IMG/VR virus record: IMGVR_UViG_3300045988_094163
DNA: 48,996 nucleotides
Source: a virus
Reading direction: 5' to 3' (one strand)
The number at the start of each line of letters is the position of its first letter. The first letter of the stretch is position 1. A program made the translations under genes and the position numbers. Below, piece after piece: positions 30,708-40,823 of the stretch. The notes beneath the pieces were generated by a model. It searched no databases. It saw only the letters and a list, made by a program, of their open reading frames with translations, and had not been told where the DNA came from.

Positions 30708-30857
30708 TTAAAACATCTTGCCAATTTTCATCAGCATTTTACTATGTTTCTTTTTTATTGTTATCTCTGACATTCCTAATTCATCTGCAATAAATGCCAT
30801 TGTTTTCTGTTCCTTGTAATGCAACCACAATATTCGCTTTTCTTCCTCACTCAACAT
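30708..30857 (-). CDS. Sigma-70 region-4 / LuxR-type HTH mini protein (49 aa), below the track cutoff
   Basis: MLSEEEKRILWLHYKEQKTMAFIADELGMSEITIKKKHSKMLMKIGKMF fits L.e.E..il.l.y.e..s..eIAeeLgiS..Tik. The ATG overlaps the end of 30847-31092, and the stop lies 7 nt before the terminator. Confidence 0.55.
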   Translation of the reverse strand: MLSEEEKRILWLHYKEQKTMAFIADELGMSEITIKKKHSKMLMKIGKMF

Positions 30858-31092
30858 AACTAGCATTTGCGGATTCTCCATCCGCATTGATATCTACATC
30901 ACTGCTACTGTCAATTGTTTCTGTCATAACATAGTCGAATTGACTTTCGTACCATACAAAACCACTATAACCGATAACTGCTTCAAGAAACATCAAAACG
31001 ATTAACAATGTAATTATCTTGTCTTTAAATTTATTTGATTTTCGATATTCCTTTTGCACATCTAACAGAACTCTATCAAATTCATCACCCAT
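30847..31092 (-). CDS. Small membrane protein (81 aa)
   Basis: TM helix IITLLIVLMFLEAVIGYSGFVWY with an acidic C-terminus. AAAGGAG RBS. Confidence 0.55.
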   Translation of the reverse strand: MGDEFDRVLLDVQKEYRKSNKFKDKIITLLIVLMFLEAVIGYSGFVWYESQFDYVMTETIDSSSDVDINADGESANASYVE

Positions 31093-31106
31093 TTAACCTC
31101 ACTCCT

Positions 31107-32036
31107 TTACATATTGCTTTCTTTATATGCTCCGTCTTTCTTAATGTTTACAACTCCTGTTTGATATGTTCCGTTTACTTTTTGGTACATCATTCCGGCT
31201 ACATATTCACTGTTCTTTTTAATATAACAATTTGCTTGTAATTTAAAAATCGCATACACTCTATCATTATCAAAAACTTTTGTGTCGTACGAAACATACA
31301 AACCAGAACCATTGCTTTCTGTATTCCATCCTAAAAATTCATAATTTCTACGAACTGCAACTGGTAATTTATGTTCTTCCCCTCCAATCGCATCTCCATA
31401 ATATCTGTTAATTACGATTTTATTTTGTCCTTCTACTGTCCCGCCATTTGTACTTGCATCAAATACAATGTTAAATACAATTCTTTCCCAGACAGCATAT
31501 AGTGTAACAGATGCATTGCTTGTATAACTTCCTCCCGCTTTATAAGTTGGTTTAGTAGCACCTTTATTCGTGCTCCAACCTAAAAAATTATATCCAACTC
31601 TAGTTGGTATTGCTTTAGACAAAGTTAATGTTTTCCCATATGTTTTCGTCTGTTTACTAGGTGCACCAGAACCACCATTCGCATTATAAGATATAGTATA
31701 AGTTGGAGTAGGTGCTACAAAACTATACGATGCTGACGATTCGTAGTAACTTGTTCCTGTGTAATTTGCAGAAGCTGAAATTGTTGTGCTACTACCATAC
31801 CTTACATCTACGGAACTCCAACCAGAAATAGCATAATCTCCAACGCCATAGATATATACATTTCCCGCCCAACTTGTGCTCAAGTTTGTTCCGTAAAAAT
31901 CTCCTGCTGTGACAGTTACCCATCTTCTGTATTGTAACCTATAATAACCATTTCCTAAGTCATGATAACTGTATTCGATTCTTGTTTGAAAATAGGATGG
32001 GCTAGGTCCTGCTGTGGTTCCATATACAATTGCCAT
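31107..32036 (-). CDS. Tail fibre / receptor-binding protein with Listeria-Bacteroides (Flg_new) repeats (309 aa)
   Basis: YTISYNANGGSGAPSKQTKTYGKTLTLSKAIPTRVGYNFLGWSTN...VTLYAVW, plus a second degenerate copy ...RRNYEFLGWNTESNGSG...RVYAIF. Confidence 0.6.
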   Translation of the reverse strand: MAIVYGTTAGPSPSYFQTRIEYSYHDLGNGYYRLQYRRWVTVTAGDFYGTNLSTSWAGNVYIYGVGDYAISGWSSVDVRYGSSTTISASANYTGTSYYESSASYSFVAPTPTYTISYNANGGSGAPSKQTKTYGKTLTLSKAIPTRVGYNFLGWSTNKGATKPTYKAGGSYTSNASVTLYAVWERIVFNIVFDASTNGGTVEGQNKIVINRYYGDAIGGEEHKLPVAVRRNYEFLGWNTESNGSGLYVSYDTKVFDNDRVYAIFKLQANCYIKKNSEYVAGMMYQKVNGTYQTGVVNIKKDGAYKESNM

Positions 32037-32050
32037 AATAACACACCCTC

Positions 32051-32755
32051 CTATTCTACAATTCGAATATAAATATCTCCGTCTTTTCCAACCGAATTAT
32101 CTGGCTCTGCTGTTCCACTTCTTATCACTTGCATACTCTGTTTAATTTGGTTAATCTGGTTTAACAAATTCCCAGCCACATCTTCTCCTAATGTTCCTTT
32201 TACTTCATTAAGCCATTCATTAAACATAGAATCATATTGTAAGAATAACTCTGTCTCGTCAATCTGTTTTATTAATCCTTCTACAAAACCACAATATTCC
32301 TTATCTGGTCTTTTGTCTGTTATATCAGAATTTTTTATAGTTCCAGTTCCAACACTAACATTAATTGTTGCAAGCACAAGTTCATGAATTGTTCCATCGT
32401 TTATCGGCTTATCTGTTTTTACATCTTCTTTTTTCTCTATTGTTATCTGTCTGTTTGTTTTGTTTAAAATGCAACATATAGAATCTGTAATCACATAACT
32501 TGTTGTGTTTGGATTAAGAATAATTTCTTTATCCTCAGTTAATTCATACCAATATCCATCTATGTATGCACTACCTTTTCTCACCACAACTGATAACCCT
32601 GTTTTTGCAACCACTTTCAATTGGTTCGTTGGTGTTACGAAAACACCATTCGAAATAAACCTAGAAAAATAATTTGCAAAATCAGACGCATCATATGTCC
32701 TGTCATATATTCCATTAAATTCCAACGCATTAAAAAATCCGCTTTGTTCTGCCAC
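32051..32755 (-). CDS. Putative tail fibre / baseplate-associated structural protein (234 aa)
   Basis: GTG 32755 with GGGAGG upstream. N-terminal SGFFNALEFNGIYDRTYDASDFANYFSRFISNGVF is a motif recurrent in Gram-positive phage fibre proteins. Confidence 0.4.
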   Translation of the reverse strand: MAEQSGFFNALEFNGIYDRTYDASDFANYFSRFISNGVFVTPTNQLKVVAKTGLSVVVRKGSAYIDGYWYELTEDKEIILNPNTTSYVITDSICCILNKTNRQITIEKKEDVKTDKPINDGTIHELVLATINVSVGTGTIKNSDITDKRPDKEYCGFVEGLIKQIDETELFLQYDSMFNEWLNEVKGTLGEDVAGNLLNQINQIKQSMQVIRSGTAEPDNSVGKDGDIYIRIVE

Positions 32756-32814
32756 TTTTTTTCCTCCCTTCTTTACTTTAATAATTATATCACAACAAAA
32801 CTTAATTGTCAATA

Positions 32815-34527
32815 TTACCTTACCACTTTTACCGTAAAATAACTATGCGAACCATTCCTAATCGTAAATCTTGTTTTATCAATGCTATATATATCTAGCC
32901 TATCTCCTTCTTTCACAGGCACTAACATCTCGGCAAAACAAATAGAGCTATATTCGCCCCATTTTACGTTCTGTATGCAGATCGCCATATTACTTTTAAC
33001 ACCGTTTCTATCTCTTGTAACATTAAACCATAAATATGGGAGCGAATCATCCCCAGCACTACTATAATGTTGTACAAAAAAGCATCCACTTACGGACACC
33101 ATTTTTACTCCACTACCTATCACTACACCTATTCCATCACTTTTTAACAACCCCATAGACGTGTCACCTAGCACTGCTGGGAAATAAATTCTCGTAGGGG
33201 TATTATTTACTTCTGTATTGTAAGGTGAATTTGGTCTAGCAACTGTAATCGCGAACATATAAGGTTGTTTCAAAAAATCATTCTTAAATTCTGTAAATTT
33301 GTTCTCAAGATACTTTATGTCATTGCTATTCTTGTCAATATTGTTTCCAATATTCCCAACCTGCTCCACTGGGTCACGATTTACTTTACCATAAGTAAAT
33401 TCTATGTCAACAATTTCTCTGACACCCTCTATGGACTTTGTTACCTCTGTTATCTGTACATCAATGCTGATTCCTAATTCATCATCAATTACTGTTACAA
33501 GGTCGCCTATTACATAGTCTACACCATAGGTATATTGTTTGTTTGCTTCTGTTAATGTTGCTGTGTAAGATTCTTCCACTGCATTGTCTGTAAACTTCTC
33601 GTCTGCCCTTTGTTTGATTAACTTTTCGTACTCCGCTTCTGTTATCTCATTTCCTTCTTCGTCTGTACTCTGAATGTCTCGTGCATCTATCCACAACTCG
33701 TTTCGTTGCCAACCTGCTTTGTCCTCAACCCCTCTTATTGTTTCTTCCTTTGCATAGACTTCATACCATTTTCTTTGTTCTTCTTCTCCCTCTCCTGCAA
33801 CATAGGCTACATTGCAATACTTCTGTGTATCAAGTTCATAATCCGTTCTTGCAATGTTGCTCAAACTTTGAGAAAATACAACGGGAACATTCCCCTGTGC
33901 ATTTCCTTTCGTTCTGTCCTTTCCTGCGCTGATTGTCAGCTTCCACTTTGATATGTTTGTTGGTTCTGTTCCCCAACTCGGTATATGTTCTGTTTCCACA
34001 ATCGGCACAAAATATAAACCGAGTTTGTCCTGTTCCAATACAGATTGTACACTATCCCAGACATACCCACCTGTTACCTGTTTGTCAATCAGGCTACAAA
34101 AAGAAGTCAGATATGTTTCGTTATCATATTGTATATCTATATTCACATACCGTTTACTGCTCTGGTTTTTCACAATCTCATTGTAAATTACATTCTTTAC
34201 AAACTGTGCTGTGTTTCCTTTGAATTTGATTGTTCCTGCAATTACACGTTTGGTAAACAATAACAAACCAAGCCTTCCAGATAGCACAATGGTCTGTTCA
34301 TGTTCACTGTCGCTTTCTCGTTTTACATTCTCTATCTTCCCAAACACTGTGCCATCAAACAACACATAGAACTCTTTTGTTTTGTCCAACAGGTATAGGT
34401 TCTCCTGCACAATTCTTGCATTGATTTTAAATGTTCCCACTTCTCGGAACTTATCATTGTACTGTGCAAAGGTATATTTCCTCAATATATCAACTTTCTT
34501 TAAATTCTCGTCTAAAATCTCTATCAT
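32815..34527 (-). CDS. Tail-tip protein (Tal / Sipho_Gp37-like), 570 aa
   Basis: Position after Dit. The N-terminal MIEILDENLKKVDILRKYTFAQYNDKFREVGTFKI pattern is typical of siphovirus Gp37-like tail proteins. Confidence 0.5.
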   Translation of the reverse strand: MIEILDENLKKVDILRKYTFAQYNDKFREVGTFKINARIVQENLYLLDKTKEFYVLFDGTVFGKIENVKRESDSEHEQTIVLSGRLGLLLFTKRVIAGTIKFKGNTAQFVKNVIYNEIVKNQSSKRYVNIDIQYDNETYLTSFCSLIDKQVTGGYVWDSVQSVLEQDKLGLYFVPIVETEHIPSWGTEPTNISKWKLTISAGKDRTKGNAQGNVPVVFSQSLSNIARTDYELDTQKYCNVAYVAGEGEEEQRKWYEVYAKEETIRGVEDKAGWQRNELWIDARDIQSTDEEGNEITEAEYEKLIKQRADEKFTDNAVEESYTATLTEANKQYTYGVDYVIGDLVTVIDDELGISIDVQITEVTKSIEGVREIVDIEFTYGKVNRDPVEQVGNIGNNIDKNSNDIKYLENKFTEFKNDFLKQPYMFAITVARPNSPYNTEVNNTPTRIYFPAVLGDTSMGLLKSDGIGVVIGSGVKMVSVSGCFFVQHYSSAGDDSLPYLWFNVTRDRNGVKSNMAICIQNVKWGEYSSICFAEMLVPVKEGDRLDIYSIDKTRFTIRNGSHSYFTVKVVR

Positions 34528-34528
34528 G

Positions 34529-35470
34529 TTACATACCTCTCACATTGAAATATTTTTCTGTAAACATAACAGATACTTCTATATTGTTTCTGTATTCCTC
34601 TCCCACATCATAGGCATAAAAACTACTGCCTTGTTGTATCTGTATGAACTTACTGCCCTGTGTAATACTTCCCACTACAGAAAAGTTTTCTGCTGTTTCT
34701 GCTATATGTTTGATTGCATTTTCTTCTCCGATATCTGTTGTAATTGTTATGTAATCTCCATTTTCAAGTGTAACATTTTCAAAACCTATATATTCCCCAC
34801 TATTTACATTATACACTTTTGGAGATTTTACAATGCCACCATTCGCTTTTATAACAATTACACATCCGACTCTGGAATCTCCTTTATTTTCAATTCTAAT
34901 AGATTGCCGTTTCATAACTTCTCCAAATATAACCTTTTCTGGTGGAATGATTAATGGAAAATGAAACAATCCTTTTGTTGTTGCAAGTTTAACTTTTTTT
35001 GTGTCTTGATAAAACATGGATTTGTAGCACTTAAATTCCAACTCAAAAAAACATAACACTTCGTTGTTTTCTTTTTCTTTCGTAGAGTATTTTGGAGGGT
35101 GTATTGGTCTTGCATCCAGATAATATCCATTCGCTTCAATTCTAACGTCTTGATAAATGGAAATAAACCTGTCTAACTCTTCTTTGCTTTGTTCTATCTT
35201 CTGTTCTTGTATTCTATAATATTCTTCCCATGTTTTTCCTAAAACACTTTCATTCGTCATATCTGCCACAATATAACCAGTAATGGTTGGATTTCTTGTT
35301 CCCACCATTATACCCGCTAAAGATTCTCCAATCTGATACGGCACTCTATAAGTATCGTCTGAAACACTCGGAGAACCCCAGTCAATTTCTTCAATAAAAT
35401 ATGTTTTGTTCCCACCGATATTTATTGCTTTACCTGTCGAAACATTTAACAAATTAACTTGTCTTATCAA
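34529..35470 (-). CDS. Distal tail protein (Dit), 313 aa
   Basis: Immediately follows the tape measure gene. Size and the FIEEIDWGSPSVSDDTYRVPYQIGESLAG...TRNPTITGYI pattern fit this role. Confidence 0.6.
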   Translation of the reverse strand: MIRQVNLLNVSTGKAINIGGNKTYFIEEIDWGSPSVSDDTYRVPYQIGESLAGIMVGTRNPTITGYIVADMTNESVLGKTWEEYYRIQEQKIEQSKEELDRFISIYQDVRIEANGYYLDARPIHPPKYSTKEKENNEVLCFFELEFKCYKSMFYQDTKKVKLATTKGLFHFPLIIPPEKVIFGEVMKRQSIRIENKGDSRVGCVIVIKANGGIVKSPKVYNVNSGEYIGFENVTLENGDYITITTDIGEENAIKHIAETAENFSVVGSITQGSKFIQIQQGSSFYAYDVGEEYRNNIEVSVMFTEKYFNVRGM

Positions 35471-35487
35471 CTCTGTTTTCTCCTTTC

Positions 35488-38400
35488 TTAAAATCCATAA
35501 AGCAATTCTTTCTTTGCCTTCTTCATTTGTCTTGCATACTCATAAGGTGTCGGTTTCGTGTTATAGAAATTGAATGTATCTCCACCTTTTCCTGTTCCAC
35601 CTTCATTATACTCTCTGTTCTGTTGTTTTGTCAACACCCTTTCACCTTCATGTAATTCTGCAACATATCCATTGTACGGAACATAAGACAATCCTCCTGC
35701 ATGAGATCCGCTGATTGCAGACGCAAGCGCACCTACTCCTGCCGCAACGCCTGATACAGACGCTCTGATTGTCGCAGTAATTTGAGTCGCAAAAGCATTT
35801 TCAAACGCAGATCTAGCCGCCCTAGCAACCCTAGCGGCACTCGTCTCTGTATTACTGTCAACATCAGGAGATTTTAACGTCTTCCCAAGCTCATCATGCA
35901 TGCTTTTGTTTCCTGCACTTCCAACATTTGCCGCCGCATCTGATACAACCTGTTCATTACTGTCTATCCCTCCTGCGACACTATTATCAACCTGTATCCC
36001 GAGATCTCTCAATTGTGCTAGCACATCAGGTCTTTTCGCCTGTTCTCCATACTGTAACTGTGATAACAAATTAATTGCACTCTCCTGCACACTAGGCTGT
36101 AATACTGTCAACTGATCTATTAACGACTGTGGGGCATCAATACCAAGGGTTGTAAACACTGTCTTTAACTGTTCCCCTGACAACTGTACATTGTTTTGCA
36201 ACATTGATAACATTGTCAAAACCTGATTCTGTATATCTGAATCTTTCTGTGCAAAAGCATCAATCATTGCTTGAGGTGCTTCCATCCCTATATTCTGGAA
36301 TGAGGTGGTAAGCTTTTGTTTTGATTGATCTAAAGATATCTGTAATTGTTCATCTGACTGCTGAACAAGCGATTGCATCTGATCCAGCATTTCTTGTGTG
36401 ACATTAGTGTTTCCCTGCTCAAACGCTTTCACCATCTGGTCATACTTTTCTTTCAGGTTTTCGCTTTGTTTCTCTAATGATTCCGTTGTTGCTGTTTCTG
36501 CTGTCAGAAAACTCTCCTGAATCTTCAACAGAGCCATATCTATACTAGCCGCATCCCCTTCAATTAATGCCGCACTCAAACCTTCGTAATTCTGAACAAC
36601 TTGATTCCAATGCTCATATGTTTCTGTTAGCTCTCCTAGCTCTTCCTTGTTATCTTTTAGCTTATCTTGTAACGCAGACACTTCCTCTGCCGCTTGATTA
36701 TACTTTTGTCCAAGCTCATAACTTGCTTCTCCATGCTCCCTGATATAATCAGCATTTTCTTTTTGAATCTGTGCAAGTTCTGATTGTTTTTCTGCAAGCT
36801 GTGATTCAAGATCAATCCTTTCATAGATTGATTCATTATACAGCCTCTCCGCTTCTGCTTGTTTTGCCAATGCTTCGTTGTATTCTTCTGACATTGCTTC
36901 CTGGATTGCCAATGCTCGCTTTGCATCAATTGTTTTATATATTTCATTTGATAATGCTTGATAATTTGTAATTTGTCCATTTGATATTCCAATCTCTGTT
37001 CCGATTGCATCTGACAACTCCCCGGCGATTACACGGGCATACGTTTCCTTCCCGGCTACAATCTTCCCATTTTCATCTACAACCTGAGTTAGTTTTTCCA
37101 TCAGCTTTGTGTTTGCTTCATACTCTGCATTTGCACTGTTTACAGCTTCATCAATCGCTTCCACTGACTGATTCTTTGCTTCTACTTGTTTATTGATTGC
37201 ATCTGTCAACGCCTTCTGTTCTTCTGTTTCTTCCCTTAATTGTTCCCTGTATTCTTCTGTGCGTTTGTGTGCATCATATGTAGCTACGCCTAATGCTACA
37301 AGTGCCGTTCCTGCCGCCGCAATCCCAAGATTCATTGGTGTAAGTATGCCCTTTACAGATGTTAATGTTTTATACAGGCTCCCTGTCTGTACAGCCGCAT
37401 CTTGCATCCCATTTTTAGACAACTTCAAAGCTTTTATAAATAGACTTATCTCACTGTTTACAGTAACAAACCCTTTTCCAAGCTTTGTTGCTCCGCTTAA
37501 CAACTTTGAGCTTACCATTATGACGGGTCCTGCCGCCGCCGCTACAAGTCCAAAATTGACAATCTGTTCTTGTTCTTCATCCGATAAACTGTTGAATCTA
37601 TCTGTTAAATCTTCAATCCACCCTGTAATCGTTCTCACCTTCGGAGTCAATTTAGATCCTATCGCAATCCCCGCAGACTCCAAAGATCCTGTCATCTGTT
37701 CCACTGCTCCGGCAAGATTATCCTGCATTATTTCGGCAGTTTCCTTTGCTGTTCCGCTTGCTGTTTTCATACTCAAGGACAGATTGTCATATTCCTGCTG
37801 AGACATCCCTAACAATGCATTTAATCCAGACATTCCCTCTTGCCCGGCAAGGATAGCAGAATAATAAGTCTGCTGTTCCGGGGTCAATGTCTGGAATGTT
37901 GTTCTCATTTCTTCAAGGATTGTATTCATTGACTTAAAATTACCTTCACTATCAGTAAGTACAATCCCTAACTGATCCATGGCAATTTTCACATCGTCTG
38001 TTGGTTTCACAAGTCGGGCAAACATTGTTCTGAGTGACGTTCCTGCCTGAGATCCTTTGATTCCTGCCTGTGACATTGCTGTAATCGCTGTAACAACATC
38101 CTCAATGTTGAATCCCATTGTTTTAGCAACAGGGCCAACATACTTCAATGATTCTCCTAAATCTGTTACACTAATTGTTCCGGCATTTGCTGACTTGGAC
38201 AACAAATCTGCAACCTTTGTGCTCTCAGAAGCGGACAAACCGAATGTTGTAATTGCATCTGCAACAATTGTAGCAACCGTGGAGAGTTCTTCTCCTGAAG
38301 CCGCTGTCGCATCCAAGACCCCCTGCATGCCGGACATGATCTGCTGTGACGTCCATCCCGCTTTTGCCATCTCTGTCATAGCATTTGCAACATCCGTTGC

Positions 38401-38745
38401 ACTAAACACTGTGCTCTGACCGAGATCTAATGCCTTTTGTCTTAGATCATCAAACTCTCTTCCCGTTGCACCTGATATTGCCTTTACATTTGACATGGAC
38501 TTTTCAAAATCCATAGAAAACTTTAATGATACTGTCCCGGCTGTCGCTAACGGGACAGTGACAGACTTAGACAACACCCCGCCAACTGCTCTCATTGAAT
38601 TTGTCAATCCTATAACCTTCTGGCTTACAGTAGCAGAAGAATCACCAAATACCTTTAGTTCTGACTTTGCTTTTGCGAATCCTTTTGTAAATGATGAAAC
38701 ATCAAGATCAAGATACGCAATAGCCTTACCCATGTTTACTGACAC
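35488..38745 (-). CDS. Tape measure protein (1085 aa)
   Basis: GTG start after GGAGG. Long alpha-helical and coiled-coil protein with hydrophobic glycine-rich segments. Canonical position. Confidence 0.9.
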   Translation of the reverse strand: MSVNMGKAIAYLDLDVSSFTKGFAKAKSELKVFGDSSATVSQKVIGLTNSMRAVGGVLSKSVTVPLATAGTVSLKFSMDFEKSMSNVKAISGATGREFDDLRQKALDLGQSTVFSATDVANAMTEMAKAGWTSQQIMSGMQGVLDATAASGEELSTVATIVADAITTFGLSASESTKVADLLSKSANAGTISVTDLGESLKYVGPVAKTMGFNIEDVVTAITAMSQAGIKGSQAGTSLRTMFARLVKPTDDVKIAMDQLGIVLTDSEGNFKSMNTILEEMRTTFQTLTPEQQTYYSAILAGQEGMSGLNALLGMSQQEYDNLSLSMKTASGTAKETAEIMQDNLAGAVEQMTGSLESAGIAIGSKLTPKVRTITGWIEDLTDRFNSLSDEEQEQIVNFGLVAAAAGPVIMVSSKLLSGATKLGKGFVTVNSEISLFIKALKLSKNGMQDAAVQTGSLYKTLTSVKGILTPMNLGIAAAGTALVALGVATYDAHKRTEEYREQLREETEEQKALTDAINKQVEAKNQSVEAIDEAVNSANAEYEANTKLMEKLTQVVDENGKIVAGKETYARVIAGELSDAIGTEIGISNGQITNYQALSNEIYKTIDAKRALAIQEAMSEEYNEALAKQAEAERLYNESIYERIDLESQLAEKQSELAQIQKENADYIREHGEASYELGQKYNQAAEEVSALQDKLKDNKEELGELTETYEHWNQVVQNYEGLSAALIEGDAASIDMALLKIQESFLTAETATTESLEKQSENLKEKYDQMVKAFEQGNTNVTQEMLDQMQSLVQQSDEQLQISLDQSKQKLTTSFQNIGMEAPQAMIDAFAQKDSDIQNQVLTMLSMLQNNVQLSGEQLKTVFTTLGIDAPQSLIDQLTVLQPSVQESAINLLSQLQYGEQAKRPDVLAQLRDLGIQVDNSVAGGIDSNEQVVSDAAANVGSAGNKSMHDELGKTLKSPDVDSNTETSAARVARAARSAFENAFATQITATIRASVSGVAAGVGALASAISGSHAGGLSYVPYNGYVAELHEGERVLTKQQNREYNEGGTGKGGDTFNFYNTKPTPYEYARQMKKAKKELLYGF

Positions 38746-38761
38746 TGTCCCACCTCCTTTT

Positions 38762-38965
38762 TTATTTTAACAACTTACTATAAAAATCGCTGAAACTATG
38801 ATACTCTTGTTTCTTCTGAACCAGCTCATTTTCCTCATACTGAGGAATTTCTCCTGCTTCTAGCTTTTGCCTGATATACGCACAGGCTTCATCAAAACAA
38901 AAAGCTGTATAATTATCCTGCACACCTACGATATCGCTAGGCTTGCAATTATACAGCTTTGACAT
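38762..38965 (-). CDS. Small protein in the gpT-equivalent position between the chaperone and the tape measure (67 aa)
   Basis: Has its own ATG 13 nt after the chaperone stop. Separate ORF, not a frameshift extension. Confidence 0.5.
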   Translation of the reverse strand: MSKLYNCKPSDIVGVQDNYTAFCFDEACAYIRQKLEAGEIPQYEENELVQKKQEYHSFSDFYSKLLK

Positions 38966-38978
38966 TGTTATTACACTC

Positions 38979-39425
38979 TCAATCTTTCTTGCCCGGACGA
39001 AAGGAAAGCATATCTTTAATACCTACCTGCGTATAGTTGTAAATAGCAAAAAGCTGTGCTTCTGTCAACTCCATTCCTGAATCTGTGATTTCATCAAATG
39101 TCGGTTCAGCAAGAGAACTTTTTGCAATCACCTCCAACACTGCTCTTGTATCTTCAAATGATGCTTTCTTTTCCTCCGGCGTTTTGTCCTGCTTCTCTTT
39201 GCTTTCTTCTCCATCGAATAACTCCATCGCTACTGGCAACAGAGCATTTGGAATCAATCCATTCGCCATCAGAGATACGATAGATGGTCTTTTTAACATC
39301 GCAACAAATGGCTGGCCTTCCGCAAACGGAGGTAACATAACTGCATTCCCTTTTGCATATGTTTCAAGATCTTTAACGCTTGTAAGCTCTAAAATTGGCA
39401 TTAGTTCTTTTGATTTCTCACTCAT
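38979..39425 (-). CDS. Tail assembly chaperone (148 aa)
   Basis: Lies between the major tail and tape measure genes. Acidic, with LPPFAEGQPFVAMLKRPS of the XkdN/gpG-like type. Confidence 0.6.
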   Translation of the reverse strand: MSEKSKELMPILELTSVKDLETYAKGNAVMLPPFAEGQPFVAMLKRPSIVSLMANGLIPNALLPVAMELFDGEESKEKQDKTPEEKKASFEDTRAVLEVIAKSSLAEPTFDEITDSGMELTEAQLFAIYNYTQVGIKDMLSFRPGKKD

Positions 39426-39449
39426 GTTCCTTTTCTCCTATCTCATTTA

Positions 39450-40094
39450 TTACGACTTCACCACTGCCGAGGTTTTTCCTGACCCTTGTACTGCAACCTC
39501 ATTTCTGAGCACACTCATACTTGCCGCCGCCGAAAATGTTGGAATAGATTTCACATAACTAATCGTGTACGGTGCTTCTCCTGTTTTCGGTGCTGAGTTA
39601 ATAACATACTCTGGAAGTCGGAACACACCATCTTCTGTGTTAATTGTAATTGGCGTTCCTTGACAATTCGGGTATGTAATCTTCTCATACTTCACAATCT
39701 GTCCACTTGCATCATACTCCGCAGAATAACAATCAAGTTCAAATACCTGTCCTTTCTCTGCACTTCCTGCAACTGGCGGTTTGTAAACAAGTGTGTCTCC
39801 TTCTCCTTCGATTGTTCCACCTTGAAAAATCTGAACGAGTTCTAGAATGAACACATTGTCTGTCAATGTAATCTGATGTCCTGTAATTGTTGTCTCTGAC
39901 GGCTTCTGTGCTAACAATCTGCCGAGTTTTACCAACTTTACAGCATTCGTTGTTTCTGTCTGCGGTTCTACTCTAATTTTGTTCGCTGTGTCAACTGCGA
40001 TTTCTAACCCATTATCTTCCGTTCCTGTTCTTACAACAACAAGCGAAACATCAATTGTAGGAATCCCAACCGCTTTCTTTTTTGTTTTAGGCAT
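39450..40094 (-). CDS. Major tail protein (214 aa)
   Basis: Position, size and beta-rich composition. No sheath gene is present. Confidence 0.65.
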   Translation of the reverse strand: MPKTKKKAVGIPTIDVSLVVVRTGTEDNGLEIAVDTANKIRVEPQTETTNAVKLVKLGRLLAQKPSETTITGHQITLTDNVFILELVQIFQGGTIEGEGDTLVYKPPVAGSAEKGQVFELDCYSAEYDASGQIVKYEKITYPNCQGTPITINTEDGVFRLPEYVINSAPKTGEAPYTISYVKSIPTFSAAASMSVLRNEVAVQGSGKTSAVVKS

Positions 40095-40107
40095 TTGTTT
40101 TACCTCC

Positions 40108-40470
40108 TTACCAATTTTCTATTTTTCTGCACCCTTGATATTGGAAACTTATCATGTGAGCCTTTACAGTATCATCATAGAAACTTGGTGTTTCATTTCC
40201 GATGTACATTACAAGGGGGAACACTTCTTTCATTTTTTGTTTTGTTTCCTCAACAAAGGTTTCCAATCTGCTGTATTCATCTTGTGGAACATAACATAAC
40301 AATGTATAGATTGGTCTTTCACTTGACACTGTTGCTTCTTCAATTGTTCCATCTGACTTTACAACAATGTATTCTTTCAAACACTCCCCCTTATGCTGTG
40401 AAGGGAAGAATACATCTGTTTTTCCATCTTTCTTTAGCACATCATAAACTGTTTTTAAAATACTGCTCAT
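40108..40470 (-). CDS. Tail terminator / tail completion protein (120 aa)
   Basis: Position in the head-tail connector series. Confidence 0.45.
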   Translation of the reverse strand: MSSILKTVYDVLKKDGKTDVFFPSQHKGECLKEYIVVKSDGTIEEATVSSERPIYTLLCYVPQDEYSRLETFVEETKQKMKEVFPLVMYIGNETPSFYDDTVKAHMISFQYQGCRKIENW

Positions 40471-40823
40471 GGTTTCATGTACCTCGTTAATTCTTCATAC
40501 CCTTCTAGCACTTCCTTGGACAAAGCGTTTACTGTTGGCTGTAAGATTGCAAACCTCTTTTCGTGGCACAACTCTAAATATACACCATAATCAACGCCAT
40601 GTCCAATGTGGATTCGTACTTTATTTGCTAACACTTCTACCCAACCTGTCAACCTCTGTCTCGCATGTCCTGTTCTGTCTGTCCAAGGTCTATGTGTTTT
40701 TGCATAGTTCTCAAACTTCTTTGCACCCTCCTGTGCAAACATACGAATTGCAACCTGTGACTTTGTTTCGGCATTTTCCAGATTTGCCAACAACTTTGAA
40801 GCATCAATCCTAATTCCTGCCAT
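40467..40823 (-). CDS. HK97 gp10-like head-tail joining protein (118 aa)
   Basis: RPWTDRTGHARQRLTGWVE...VDYGVYLE fits the gp10 family pattern. Confidence 0.55.
   Translation of the reverse strand: MAGIRIDASKLLANLENAETKSQVAIRMFAQEGAKKFENYAKTHRPWTDRTGHARQRLTGWVEVLANKVRIHIGHGVDYGVYLELCHEKRFAILQPTVNALSKEVLEGYEELTRYMKP

Noticed and set aside
38762-39425. Programmed -1 frameshift joining the tail assembly chaperone to the following small ORF (gpG/gpGT type)
   Set aside because: The downstream ORF is in the +1 frame relative to the chaperone, and that frame has a TAA only two codons upstream of its ATG. No fusion by slippage near the chaperone end is therefore possible, and no slippery heptamer was seen. 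The two are treated as separate genes.
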